Below, piece after piece: positions 12,033 through 23,779 of a stretch of DNA of 64,000 bases. Below the pieces are notes generated by a model. That model was not told the DNA's origin and ran no database searches. It saw nothing but the letters and a program-made list of their open reading frames with translations. A program made the position numbers and the translations under genes. Source of the stretch: Squalus acanthias. Taxonomy: Eukaryota. The DNA is taken from contig CM059432.1 in NCBI GenBank assembly GCA_030390025.1, forward strand, positions 149,794,001-149,858,000, in the 5' to 3' direction. Within the stretch, counting starts at the first letter, position 1, and every line of letters begins with the position of its first letter.

Positions 12033-13247
12033 TTTCACGTTGCTGCTTTCGGTCAGTGGTGAAAGCGATGAGTCCCTGGTCCTGCTGAACGATGCTCCCT
12101 GTGGCTTCCTTGATTCGTCTGTGGGTAGCAAACTGGCTGACATTGCTGATGTGCCCATCGGCAGCTGTGTTCTGCTCTCGTTGGTCTTCCCTTGCCAAGT
12201 CTGGTGCTTGTGTAGCAGTCCCCACAGAGGGCGTAAACCTAAAAAGTGTAAAGAGAGTTAGAACCAACTCACCTTTAAATGAAGACTCCAGCTTTCTCAC
12301 CGCAGCCTCTTCTGTATTGTGTATCACAACAGCAATGTGATATTTTGCAATATGGGAACTTCTATCTTAAGTGATGAATCTGTCAGCTTATTTACCGCAA
12401 AATAATTAATTGAGCAAATTAATGCTGACAATTCAAAATTTGCATCCAGCAATTTTGTCAGTCTCGGGAATAAGCGATTTTGTTGATCACTATCATATTA
12501 TTATCACCGAGTAAGATTTACACTAACAAAAATATCTAGGCTATACTTACTGTAACAGTTTGAGATTTCTCCAGATCATCGGGGCCATGGGCTCTGCTTG
12601 GGGAAGCGAGCGGTAACACTGAATCTGAGAGAATATTAGTGCTGAATCAAATTTGTAACAATAGCTTTACAGCAACTGACCGGTCTGTCACTGATTGAAG
12701 TTATTTATTCAACGTAGTCGCTGGGTGCAAACCAATGAAATGTGTAACACTATAAAACTTTTGTTCGCTGTTTTTGTTGACTTGAAAAACAGCCACACGA
12801 CCAGTGCACCCGTTAACTCCTTGTAAAATGATGTCCTAGTTATTGGCTGGTTGAATGTTGCCTATCTGTCCATCAGATATTGGCCATCAGCTCTTGCAGA
12901 TTGGGACTTTCTCTGCCCAGATTTATCAGCCACGACAGAATGATTTGCTTCAGGTAAAACCTCACATTCTATGACCTCAGTGCAGACAGGAGAAATAATT
13001 GAAGATGAGCTCTGGAAAATCATATCTAGGACATCCTATTGCAATGTCATTGCTTTTTGTAATACATCAACATCAGGAAAGCAAGTTGACACGTGGCACT
13101 GATATTTCGGTTAAGACTATACCTTACAAAACAATCATGCTCTGATTTTTCTATTCATTACAGTGAAGTTGATGCAGATGGGGCCAGCGAGCAGTCGACC
13201 CACTGGAATCTCTCCAGAAGATTCAGGATGAGAATTCTATCACTCAA

Positions 13248-13422
13248 TACTACCTCTCTCTCCTCCTTTAAGATGTTCCTTAAAACCTACCTCTTTGACC
13301 AAGCTTTTGGTCACCTGTCGTGATATCTCCTTGGTGTCAATATTTGTTTGATAATCACTTCTGTGAAGCGTGTTTGGATGTTTTACTGCATTAAAGGTGC
13401 TGTTAAATGCAAGTTGTTTTTG
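13248..13422 (+). mobile_element. L2 LINE 3' end
   Basis: SSFKMFLKTYLFDQAF C-terminus and tail aaggtgctgttaaatgcaagttgtt; homologous to 61290-61592. Confidence 0.8.
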
Positions 13423-13479
13423 TTATATATACTACTATTAATTTAACAGCAGCAGTCACTGACAATGGCAAACCATTGT

Positions 13480-14094
13480 ATGCTTCAAAGACATGGACCA
13501 TGTACACCTCAAAGCACTAGAGAGGTACCACCAACGCTGCCTCCGCAAGATCCTGCAAATCCATTGGCAGGATAGGCGCACCAATGTCAGTGTTCTCGCT
13601 CAGGCCAACATCCCCAGCATCGAAGCTTTGACCACGCTCAAACAGCTCCGATGGACGGGCCACATCATCCGCATGCCCGATACGAGACTCCCAAAACAAG
13701 CGCTCTACTCGGAGCTCCGACACGGCAAGAGAGCCCCAGGTAGGCAGAGGAAACACTTCAAGGACACCCTCAAAGCCTCCTTGAAAAAGTGCAACATCCC
13801 CATCGACACCTGGGAATCCCTGGCCCAAGACCGCACAAAGTGGAGGAGAAGCATCCGGGAAGGCGCCAAACACCTCGAGTCTCTTCGCCGGGTGCAAGCG
13901 GAAGCCAAGCACAAACAGCGGAAGGAGCGCATGCCAACCCAAGCACCCCACCCATCCGTCCCTTCAACCACCGTTTGCCCCACCTGTGACAGAGACTGTA
14001 GGTCCCGCATTGGACTCATCAGTCACCTGAGAACTAATTTTTAGTGTGGAAGCAAGTCATCCTCGGTTCCGAGGGATTGCCTAAGAAGAAGAAG
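13480..14094 (+). mobile_element. RTE-clade LINE 3' end
   Basis: LERYHQRCLRKIL..QLRWTGHIIRMPDTRLPKQALY..CPTCDRDCRSRIGLISHLRT (C-terminal zinc finger); (AAG)n tail. Confidence 0.92.
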
Positions 14095-14413
14095 TGAAGG
14101 GATAATTACTAGTCCTAGCCCCTTTAGGGCTACCCCAGATCAGGCGTATTTCCCAGACGTTCACTTTCAACTAAAGTTTGAGGTAGCTGAATCCTAAAGA
14201 CGCTTAATTACGTCTAAAGGTCCGGACCATCTCTCCCTAAAGGAAAGGAACAACCTGAAGATGTTACCGTCCTCCAGATAGCACTTTTAATAAGTTTAGC
14301 TAGACTGTAACGTTCCGGATATTATGAGGGTCCGGAAAACTCCCCCAGAATTCTGCAACTCCTCACCAAAGAGCGTAAAGAGATTGAGTTTGCGAGTTTG
14401 ATACAGAAGTATT

Positions 14414-15176
14414 GGGCCAGAAATTAGGCTCTCCGGCTTCCTGCGGGTGCAAGCATCGCGCGCGTACTTACCTACCGCGCCTGCCGTTGTGCTTCCGGCC
14501 CACGAGGAACTCGGCTCCTGGGCCTCCTGCAGCTGCCGGCGCGCAGTGCTTGCGTATCCCAGGGGCGCAGTTAGTTCGAAGCGTCCCCTGGGATCACGTG
14601 GGCCATGGAGAGCCAATCGGAGCAGGGAATCTCCATTCATAGATTTGACAGGAAGACCTGTCAAATCTATGAATAGAGATTGGCCCCAAAACCACATTAA
14701 AACTTCAAATAAATTTAAAAAAACCATCACATTTTTAAAATAACAATAAATTACATAAATTAACTACTTTAAACAAAAATTTAAATTTTTGAAAAAATTA
14801 ATTACACTTTTTAACGGTGCTAAAAATAAACTTACCTTTCTTTAAAGTATGTCAAAAAGATAAACCTGTTGAAAAAATGTTTAAATTGTAATTAATTAAC
14901 CACTTACCTTGTTAAAAAGAGGCCTTGCGCCTCCTTTTTAAAAGCGCAGCTTCTCCATACTTACCCTCACGGAGAAACCGGAAAAAAAACCGAAGTTCGC
15001 TGCATGCGCGCAGCCTCTCCCGCGCACGCGTTCGACTTCTGAACCCCTTCCTTCAGGGGAACGGAAGTTCCGGTTTCCCGCGCATGCGCAGTGCATGCGT
15101 GAAACCGGCACTTCAGGTGGCCTTACGGGTGAGTACACAGCGCGTACTCACCCGACAAGAGCCGAATTTCTGGCCC
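14414..15176. mobile_element. Harbinger (Tourist-like) MITE, 763 bp
   Basis: 18-bp TIR GGGCCAGAAATT(A/C)GGCTC, 17/18 match; 3-bp TSD ATT on both sides; internal 25-bp hairpin 14628-14681. Confidence 0.93.
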
Positions 15177-15567
15177 ATTATGTGAGACAATTCTAAAATA
15201 TATAGATTTATTAAAGAACCGACATGTAATTACAGTTGGTGATTCAATCGCAACATTAACAGTTCCAAAAAGAGTAAGCTTACAATTCTTATTATCAGAT
15301 CTTAACTTTGCTACAGTTTTACAGTTTTTAGTCTTATTCCAGGATATCCACCAAAATCAAATACAGTACCTTGATCCCCGAGATACAAAGAGTTGTAGAC
15401 TTACAGAGCCACCTCTGAAGCCTGAGAATCACTTTGCCCCTTTACAGCGAGACTATCATCCCATTTGAAAGTTCAATATTTATACCCTTTCTCAGTGGTA
15501 TTTCCTTTGAAGTTTTCTGCTGATGTAAGCTAATTATCTCTAGTCATTTTTCTGCTGACCCCTGCTA

Positions 15568-15938
15568 TTCTTACAGTCACCTCAGCTGGTAGCAATACAG
15601 AATTATGTCTCTACCCCAAGTGTCCCAAGCCCACCATAAAAAACGATGTAACAGCAGGTGCATCTATTTGATGTCATTTTTACCAAGGTCTTCTGTTTGT
15701 GTCTTTTTACGAAGTGTAAATTAAAACACCTCAACCAGGGTGATCTATGCAATTCTTAGTCACCTCAGCTGGTTGTAACACAGAATTATGTCTCTCCTCC
15801 GTAGGTGTTCCAAGTTCAACACAAAAACGGTGTGACGGCAGGTGCCTCCCCCACTTGATGCCATTCCCATGAAGGCATATGTTTCTTAATTTTATGTGTT
15901 TCTTTCCGAAGTGTAATTTAGAACACCTTAACAGGGTG
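15568..15938. repeat. diverged tandem duplication (~185 bp x2) in putative LTR U3
   Basis: agtcacctcagctggt..cagaattatgtctct..cgaagtgtaa..aacacct..cagggtg occurs twice. Confidence 0.85.
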
Positions 15939-16961
15939 TACCATTGTCTTTTTTCCAAAGCTTCAGATTATCAGGAGCCTCCAACCTCCTGTTTCAATAA
16001 GGTTATTGATTCAGTGTCAACAACTTATCTTATCTCTATTACCAGAATGCTGTAACAGTTTTAGATTGTTGAGGCTTCCAGATTTCCAGACCTGGTTTGT
16101 CATGTTTTAATAAGGCCAGAATTCTTTCATAGAATGGTGTATTTTTCTGAATATTCCTTCACAGAAGATTGCTAGCCTAAACCTATTAGAGATTTGCTGT
16201 GCAGCAGTGTGACTTCATAATGAGATGTATCGCTTTGCTCATTGAAAAGGACACCATCATCTCAATACCTAACATTTCAGGTTCAATTAGGGGTACCAGA
16301 TAGGAAAAGAACGATGAGACTTGTCAGCTACTAAAGTATCAACAAATGTATGTGTGTAGCAAAAAGGTTAAGTGAGGGAGAACAATCATTTTCAAAGGCA
16401 GAAATGACATATGTGTAGCTCAGAAATAAGGTATTCCCAACACACAGGGAATACGGATTATTTTGATATTAATTCCGTGTTTTTTTTGGGTGAATGTTTC
16501 CATTGATAAAGGTGAGTGATGTTAATGGTGGAGAATGAAATATTCTCAATTTTTGCATCCAACATCAGCACGAAGCAATATCGGATCAGTTTTAGCACAG
16601 CTGATTGCAAATTGGAACTCCCTCTACGCTGACCCGAAACATATGCTTTCAGACAAGCCCCAGGAGAGCAGTTGTCTCTCTGATGTCTCTAAGTGAGATT
16701 GTAAATTGAGTTCCGATTTGCTGTGGACTGGGGCCCATTCGGAACTGGGCTGACACTGTTCAAGGGCACTGTTTTCTTTTACTACAAGCTGCTCAAATCT
16801 TTTAACTCAAACACTATGAAGTCAACGTATCGATATGAGAAAATAACGTAGAAATTACAGCACAGAAGGAGGCCATTCAGCCCAACACTCCCATGCCAGT
16901 GTCAACGCTCCGACTGGAGCTGTCAATGCTGCATTTTTACTGTGCATCAGTATACACATAA

Positions 16962-17095
16962 GAGTAAATTCAGCAAATACCACACTCCTAGTAGTGAGCC
17001 TTGCTCGAGGGGAGTGGAGATAGGAATGGTTCTTTTACCCGCACTCCCCTCGAGTGAGGCTCAGCATTCAGAGTGCGAGATGTCTGAATTTATCC
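16962..17095. mobile_element. small palindromic MITE (~134 bp)
   Basis: Outer taaattcag/ctgaattta; inner 22-bp arms 16995-17016 and 17042-17063. Confidence 0.7.
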
Positions 17096-17810
17096 TGCAC
17101 ACCGCTGAAAGGTAGGGATTGAAAGGAATCTGCTGGAAACTTCGACAACAGGTGGTGTAGAGTTTCAAGATTTATTAAAATCATTCTCAGAAACCTTGCT
17201 TCTTAATATCTCTGCAATGTGGTGGACGCCATTCAAAAAACCTGCGATCCAGAAGTGACCCACGCACATGCAACAGAACTTGGAGAGCTTCTGTCAGATG
17301 CTTCTCATCCTTTACTTCCCTTAACCGAGCTGGCCTGTTGTTTGACATCTATTCAAGTGATGGGATGTGACTGTTCTACCCCTGGGTTGTTCCAGCCCCA
17401 TATCCGGAATACAGACACCGAGCAGGCTGCATATTATGTTTTGCTTCAGGCAGCCCTGTAGTGTGAAATTAAATTGTTAACAGCAGACCGCTTTTATCAG
17501 CCTTCCCCTGTAATGGATGATGGATTTATATTAAATCTGCAGGGCTTTCGGGCAAAAATAGCTCAATTTCAAGGAGACAGCGTTCTCCTGAAGTAATGCA
17601 GTGATTCCATCACTGATCACCATCCCCATTATACAATTTCCGATCACTCGCTAATATTGGATTTCAACCATTTTTTAACAGTACGGTTAATCAGCTGCTT
17701 GATGTTGCAGCGTTCAGCAAATGACTTCTCTTTGGCTAGTTCCATAAACTATTATCTCCTGCTTGCTTTCCCCTAAAACTCTGCCACTTCCCACCTGTGC
17801 TTTAACACGT

Positions 17811-18197
17811 ATAAGAACATAAGAAATAGGAGCAGGAATAGGCCACTTGGCCCCTCGAGCCTGCTCCGCCATTCAATGAGATCATGGCTGATCTTGGGCT
17901 CAAAGCCACTTCCCTGCCCGCTCCCCATAACCCTTCACTCCCTTATCTTGCAAAAATCTGTCTATCTCCACCTTAAATGTATTTAATGACCCAGCCTCCA
18001 TAGCTCTCTGGGGCAGAGAATTCCACAGATTTACGACCCTCTGAGAGAAGAAATTCCTCTTCATCTCAGTTCTAAAAGGGCGACCCTTTATTCTGAGACT
18101 GTGCCCCCGAGTTCTAGATTTCCCCACGAGGGGAAACATCCTCTCTGCATCTACCTTGTCGAGGCCCTCTCAGTATCTTATATGTTTCGATAAGATC
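17811..18197 (-). mobile_element. CR1 LINE 3' end
   Basis: ORF 17900..18139 FPLVGKSRTRGHSLRIKGRPF..FFSQRVVNLWNSLP; (ttcttatg)-type tail. Confidence 0.93.
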
Positions 18198-19137
18198 ACG
18201 ATGTTTCAATATATCCCGAGCATCAGTGTTTTAAGACGACAGTCAACATTTCAGCTCATGTGTCAGCTTGTCAGTGTTTTCTCAAGAAAGATGAACTTTT
18301 TTCATAGGATTGGAAGCTGTATAAACCAATCAAATTGGTTGAAAGGCAGGCCAGGAGACTGTCAGAAACAATCAGACGTGACTTTCTCCCACTGTTGGTT
18401 GCACTTGAGGCAGAACGTTTTTTAAGTTGAGCTGATGGTTTGACAGTCGCAGCCCCACGAATGTTCATTTATTGCCTGTCCCCAAATAACTTATATAAAA
18501 CGAATAAGCTGCTAAAACGCTGCTTTTATTTTTTTTTTCCTGTTATTTGTGAAAAGACCAATTTTTTTAGATAAAGATGATCTTCCATGGTGTGAATCCA
18601 TTTAGCTGGTTATATTTCAGTGTTCCTGCCACTGCACTTGTAGATCTGTCAGAGTTTGGAAAGTGTATGGTCGGAGCGTTGATGAGTTTTACTTCATTTA
18701 AAATGCCTCTGAGGATTAAGATTCTACAAAGTGCAGTAGTGTGGACCGTTGGCCTCTTTGTTGGGGGGGGGGGAGGGGGGGGGGGAGGTGCTGGCTGTGT
18801 TCTGTATCTTAGAAAAATACTTTTAGTTTGTTCACACACTAATGGTGGAGCTTTTCCATTACCAACTGGGATAGCCCGAACCAGCTGTACAAGAGCAGTC
18901 AACACTGGCAGGGAAATGAGGAGTGACGTGAGTAATCGATGAGAATAGGGTCGATTGCAGACTGGAGACAGTCAGCTCCCCCTGAGAGCAAGAAATCTGC
19001 TCCTTGTGTCTGTTCCTGCATTTTATGTACTGTTGGTTTCCGTTTGATTTTTATTTCCATTACAAACAAATAACATTTATTGTAAGAGCGACAGAGGCTA
19101 GAAATTATGATTGGTGTTAATAGGAGTCAAATACTCA

Positions 19138-21548
19138 GGGCTAGAAATCCATTATAGCCCAGGAATGGCCGGTATCATTAGAAAAGTTGGAGAACTAGCG
19201 CCAGGCGCTAATGCTTTAGACTCCACGCAAAATTCATGCTCACTGCTCAAAAAAATGGTCCTAAATCAAGTCTTAAAGCCCAAGCTCATTGGCGCTACAT
19301 TAAAGGGTGGACCAATATCAGGTGCAGTCTAATCGCAAGTCATGATTGCCACAGGCTTTTTTCAGTACTTAAAGGGGAAGTTCATTGATGCTGCAGAACC
19401 TCGTTCTCAGCATTGCTGGCTGTGCAACTGCCTCAGCAAGCAGCAGCAGGACAAGGAGAAGGAGCCGGAGGACTGAGACATACTAAGGTGGTGCAGTCTA
19501 CAGCCGGGCCTTCCAGGCCCAGAGCTGGTCGAGGGCGTCCTGCAAGGCCACCTGAAGTCTCCCGCACGGACACTCAGCAGCCTTCCACAAGCCGTGCTTC
19601 AGCCACTGGGCCAACACTTCATAGGAGCTCCAGAGTAGTTAAAGACACAGTAACGAGACGCACTAAGGGGTTGCACAAGGGTGAATAGTTAATATTTTGA
19701 TTGTAAATATGTGTTCACTGATTTTTGATAAATTTATTAATTCAGTTTGGATTCTTTTGTGGTGTGTCTCATTTCAGCTTTGTGCTGTGATATGGCCTGC
19801 GACAGGGATGGAATGATAGGGATGGGGTGAGCAATGGAGATCTGGGGTTTAATTCATTCGAACCACAGTCTGATGAGGCGATGACGGCCGCCGTTCCGGA
19901 AGGCCAATTGAGTGGCTGCCTCCTCCCTCAGTCCTGTTCTTCCTCCTCCTCATCCTCCTCATCTTCCTCTTCATCCTCATCCTCCTCCTCCTCCTTCTCT
20001 CCCTCTTCCTCTTCCTGAGGTGGTCCCGCACTCCCTGGTGGCAAGGGCTGGGCCCTTCAAGTTGTGGAGCATGCAGCAGACCACCACGAAATGGGAAACC
20101 CGCTGAGCCGAGTACTGGAGGGCTCCTCCCGAGTGGCCAAGGCAGCGGAACCGTTGCTTCATTAGGCCGATGGTCTGCTAGATGATGTACCTGGTGGCAG
20201 CATGGCTCTCATTATATGAGTGCTGGGCAGGAGTGTTGGGGTTGCGGAGGGGAGTCATGAGCCAGGTGGAGAGCGGATAGCCCTTGTCTCCGAGCAACCA
20301 GCTGCGAGCTTGATGTGGTGGCTGGAAGAGTGCTGGCACACCGGTCTGGTGCAGGATGAAGGCATCGTGGCTGCTGCCAGGATAGCAGGCATTGACATTG
20401 AGGATTCGCTGTCTGTGGTCACACACCAACTGCATATTAAGTGAGTGGTAGCCTTTGCGGTTACGGAAGATCTCAGGTTTGTTATGCGGTGCCCGTAATG
20501 CCACGTGGGTGCAGTCAATGGCGCCCGGCACCATGGGGAATCCCGCTATCCTGGCAAAGTCACATGCACACTTGTCCTGCTTCTCTCTGGTGATGGTAAA
20601 GGAAATGTAGTCCCTTCTCCAACTGTAGAGAGCCTCTGTGACCTCCCGGATGCAGTGTTGGATGGCGAACTGCGAGATGTTAGCTATGTCTCCTGTTGCA
20701 GACTGGAAGGATCCGCTGGTGAAGAAATTGAGGGCGACGGTGACCTTGACTGCCACTGGGAAAGCCGTGGTCGCCCTGATCTGAGTCTCGAGGTCTGGTT
20801 GCAGGAGGTGGCAGAGTTCTGTGACCACCTCCTTGGTGAAGCGGAGCCTCCTAATACACTGCTCCTTGCTTAATTGGAGGTAGGAGACATGCTCTCAGAA
20901 GACCCTCGGAGGGTAAGGCCTCCTGTTGAGAGCCCTGACAGCCCTCCTCCTCCCTCTGGCCACATGTTCCGATCTTTCTCGCTGCCTCCGCTCCCTCCAC
21001 CGTAGATCCTGGAGGGCGAGGTCGACTGCCAGTAAAACCCCATTAATGTAACCAAGTGTAGCAGTTTGATTTTTTAAAGAATAAATGTAGCTACTTTTTA
21101 GTTGCCACAACACTCCTGATACAAAAGAAGCTTTAAATTACTGAATGAAACTGTTGCACTATGTGAATCTGACAAGAAACCACTGAAACTCCACTAACCT
21201 GACAGCTGCGACTCATTACTGATGATCCCTTTAAATAATGCCCCTGGAGCCAGCTTCCTGGTGCTTCATGTCAGCTCTCCCTGTCGCTGTTTACTCCAGG
21301 CGCTAAGGTAGGTGGCGACAATCAATTTTGCAGATCGGGCGGTCAGTGAGCATTGCACACTCGCTGACGTCATGATCCACCTAGCATTGAAGCTCCCGCC
21401 GATAACTGTTACTGGTGGCGCTGTGGGCGGGGGTGGGATTTGACGAGCGGTGCTGGATTCGCCTCACCCCAGTGATACTGCTCTAGCACCCCATTAGCGC
21501 CATCTGCTGGCGATAACGGGAGGCGCTAAGGTACCACATTTTTCCCCC
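19138..21548. mobile_element. Harbinger transposon (transposase -, Myb 3' remnant +)
   Basis: Ends gggctagaaat / atttttccccc; near-complete transposase; 19480-19690 resembles the Myb-gene last-exon end. No clear TSD. Confidence 0.85.
19850..21055 (-). pseudogene. Harbinger transposase, near full length, disrupted
   Basis: ORF 20178..20828 has [29 protein letters not shown]; continues after a stop as MKQRFRCL..VVVCCMLHN; acidic tail. Confidence 0.93.
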
Positions 21549-21585
21549 ATAATGTATTTGTAGGACATTCCTCTGTGGCTATTTT

Positions 21586-22135
21586 GGGCCATATTTTGCG
21601 ACCCCTACAGGTGCGAACAAGGTGTGTACGTGCCCGTAGGGGCTGCGCAAGTTCCGGGTTTAGGCATGCGAAGTGCATGCGCTGAAACCCGGCACTTGCG
21701 ATCTGTCATGAACAGATCCTCCGCATCCCCGGGAGATGGGCCTCTGCGGGTGGAGAGTTGCGCTATTTGCCCAACTTCCGCCCGCTGAATGCCCGTGAAA
21801 TTCTTATGCCTGGTAAAAGCAGGCATTAGGCCTGCTGTTTCCAGCATAAGAGTTTTGAAAAATAGAAAAATAAAATGTTATTATTCATTTATACATTAAA
21901 AACCCAGTCCAATAAGGTCAGTTTATTTTTAACCACGTTAAAACATATAAAGTTTTTTTCCAAAAAATTAAATTTCTGTTTAAAATATTTAATTAAATGC
22001 CATTTTAATTAATTTTAAATATGTGTTCGTGTATTTTTTAAGTGATCCCCACTCATACGTATGGGGATTCCGTACAGAACTCCTATAAGTATGAATGGGG
22101 ATTCCCTTCTTTTATTGGGCTGGCCCACGTGATTC
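21586..22135. mobile_element. partial MITE related to 14414-15176 (opposite orientation)
   Basis: gggccatatttt terminus; aagttccggg..gcatgcg..ccggcactt hairpin; AT-rich core; central hairpin ~22047-22105. Confidence 0.7.
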
Positions 22136-22139
22136 CTCC

Positions 22140-23686
22140 TTCCTTCCATTTCCTCCTCTTCCGCTTCCTCCTCCTTAGCTGGTTGGTGTATACCTGGTGG
22201 CAAGGGCTGTGCCCTCCTGATGGTGAGATTGTAGAGTATGCAACAGACCCCGACAAATCTGGTGAGTATTGCACAGCTGCTGCAGAGCGGTCCAGGCAGC
22301 GGAAGCGTTAAGGACGTCGATGGTCTGCTCTATCAGCTTCCATGTGGCAGCATGGCTCTCGGTATATGCATGCTGTGCACATGTGCGTGGGTTGCGGAGC
22401 GGAGTCATGAGGCAGGTGGTCAGCGGATAGCCCTTGTCGCCCAGGAGCCACCCTCTGGTTTGCCGCGGTGGCTCAAATGCTGATGGTACAGCGGACTGCC
22501 GCAGAATGAGGGCATCGTGACTGCTGCCAGGGTACCAGGCATTCTCCTGCATGATGCGCTGAATATGGTCGCACACCAGCTGGACACTGAGGGAGTGGAA
22601 TCCCTTCCTGTTACCGTACATCTGCTAATTGAGATGCGGCGCCCGCAAAGCGACGTGTGTGCAGTCAATGTCACCCTGCACCATGGGGAAGCCTGGTATC
22701 ATGGCCAAGCCGTGTGCTCAATCCACCTACTTCGCTCTGGCCAGAGAGAATGAAACGTATTCACCTCTCTTTGCATACAGAGCCTCACTCACCTCTCTTA
22801 TACATGAGTGGACGGCGAACTGGGAGATGTTACAGATGTCGCCTGCTCCAGCCTGGAAGGAGCCCGACATGAAGAAGTTCAAGGCCACGGTCACCTTTAC
22901 AGCCACTGGTAATGCCGTCCTCACCCTGGACTGAAGCTGCAGGTCTGCCTGCAGCAGGTGGCCGATTTCAGTGAGCACCTCCTTAGTAAAATGGAGATGT
23001 CACATGCACTGTTCATCGTTGAGGTTGAGGTAATAGAATTGCTCCCTGGTTGGATCTGGCCTCCTGCTGAGAGCCCTTTTCCCCCTTCCTCCTCCTCCCT
23101 CTTCCAGCAGCTTGTCCTGCTCTGTGTGGCCTCTCCCTGTCATGCTGTAGGAAAAGGGGGATACAAACTACTGCACCCATGGCTGGTCTGAGCAGACCCC
23201 TTGCAAGTCAGTATCAAGTCCTTGAGCACGTGCCACACAACTCCTTGTAGACTTTAGGCAACTTTAAAGAAGTCTAGAAATCACCAAATACTTCTACAAA
23301 TGCAGCAGGAGCTAACAGAAATCAATCAGCAACTAAGCTGTGAGTAGGTGATGCTCCCTTTAAGTAACGCTGGTGGAGGGGACCCTCCTGCTGCTGAACA
23401 CATGTTGAGCTGTGCGAGGTGAAGAGAGGGCGTTAGCTCCAGCGTTGAGGTAAAAAATGGCAGCGCTGGTGTCAAATCAGCGATACACGCTGATTGACGT
23501 CATGATCTGCGCACTCTGCATATTTACGGCGCATGCTCCCAGCGCCGACGCTAACGCCCTCACCAAAATGGTGTCCGGTGCGGCCCGCACCAGAAGTGCA
23601 CGCACGCTGCTCGGACGCCATTTTCGAACCACAACGGCAACCGTAACTCCCAACCAACGGGCGCTATGCGACTGAATTTTTCGCCC
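22140..23686 (-). mobile_element. Harbinger fragment with disrupted transposase and one terminus
   Basis: ORFs 22727..22978 and 22175..22621 ([31 protein letters not shown]); terminus gaatttttcgccc at 23686. Confidence 0.88.
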
Positions 23687-23779
23687 AGGGACTCTGTCTA
23701 TCCAAGCTTACAGGTGACAGGTAAGCTAGGAGGCGCAGCAGGCTGTGTAACTGGAAGTTACAAAAGGACATAACCAAAT

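Larger units (their letters stand above)
14095..16161 (-). mobile_element. probable solo LTR (~1.3 kb) interrupted by a MITE
   Basis: Termini TGAAGGGATA / TATTCCTTCA; flanks aagaag / cagaag; on the - strand TATAAATA at 15477-15484 then AATAAA at 15207-15212; ~185-bp internal duplication. Confidence 0.65.

Noticed and set aside
12033..12340. Spliced minus-strand gene with a GT-AG intron at 12239-12272
   Set aside because: The 34-nt intron is too short for a typical vertebrate intron; the 184-aa ORF runs into a LINE tail and has no recognisable domain.
17219..17461. 80-aa ORF in unique sequence
   Set aside because: No splice signals or recognisable domain; unsupported without a conservation search. 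The same applies to ORFs at 18567-18942.
19827..20106. Poly-Ser and poly-Arg ORFs
   Set aside because: Alternative frames of the (GAG/GAT)n acidic tail of the Harbinger transposase.
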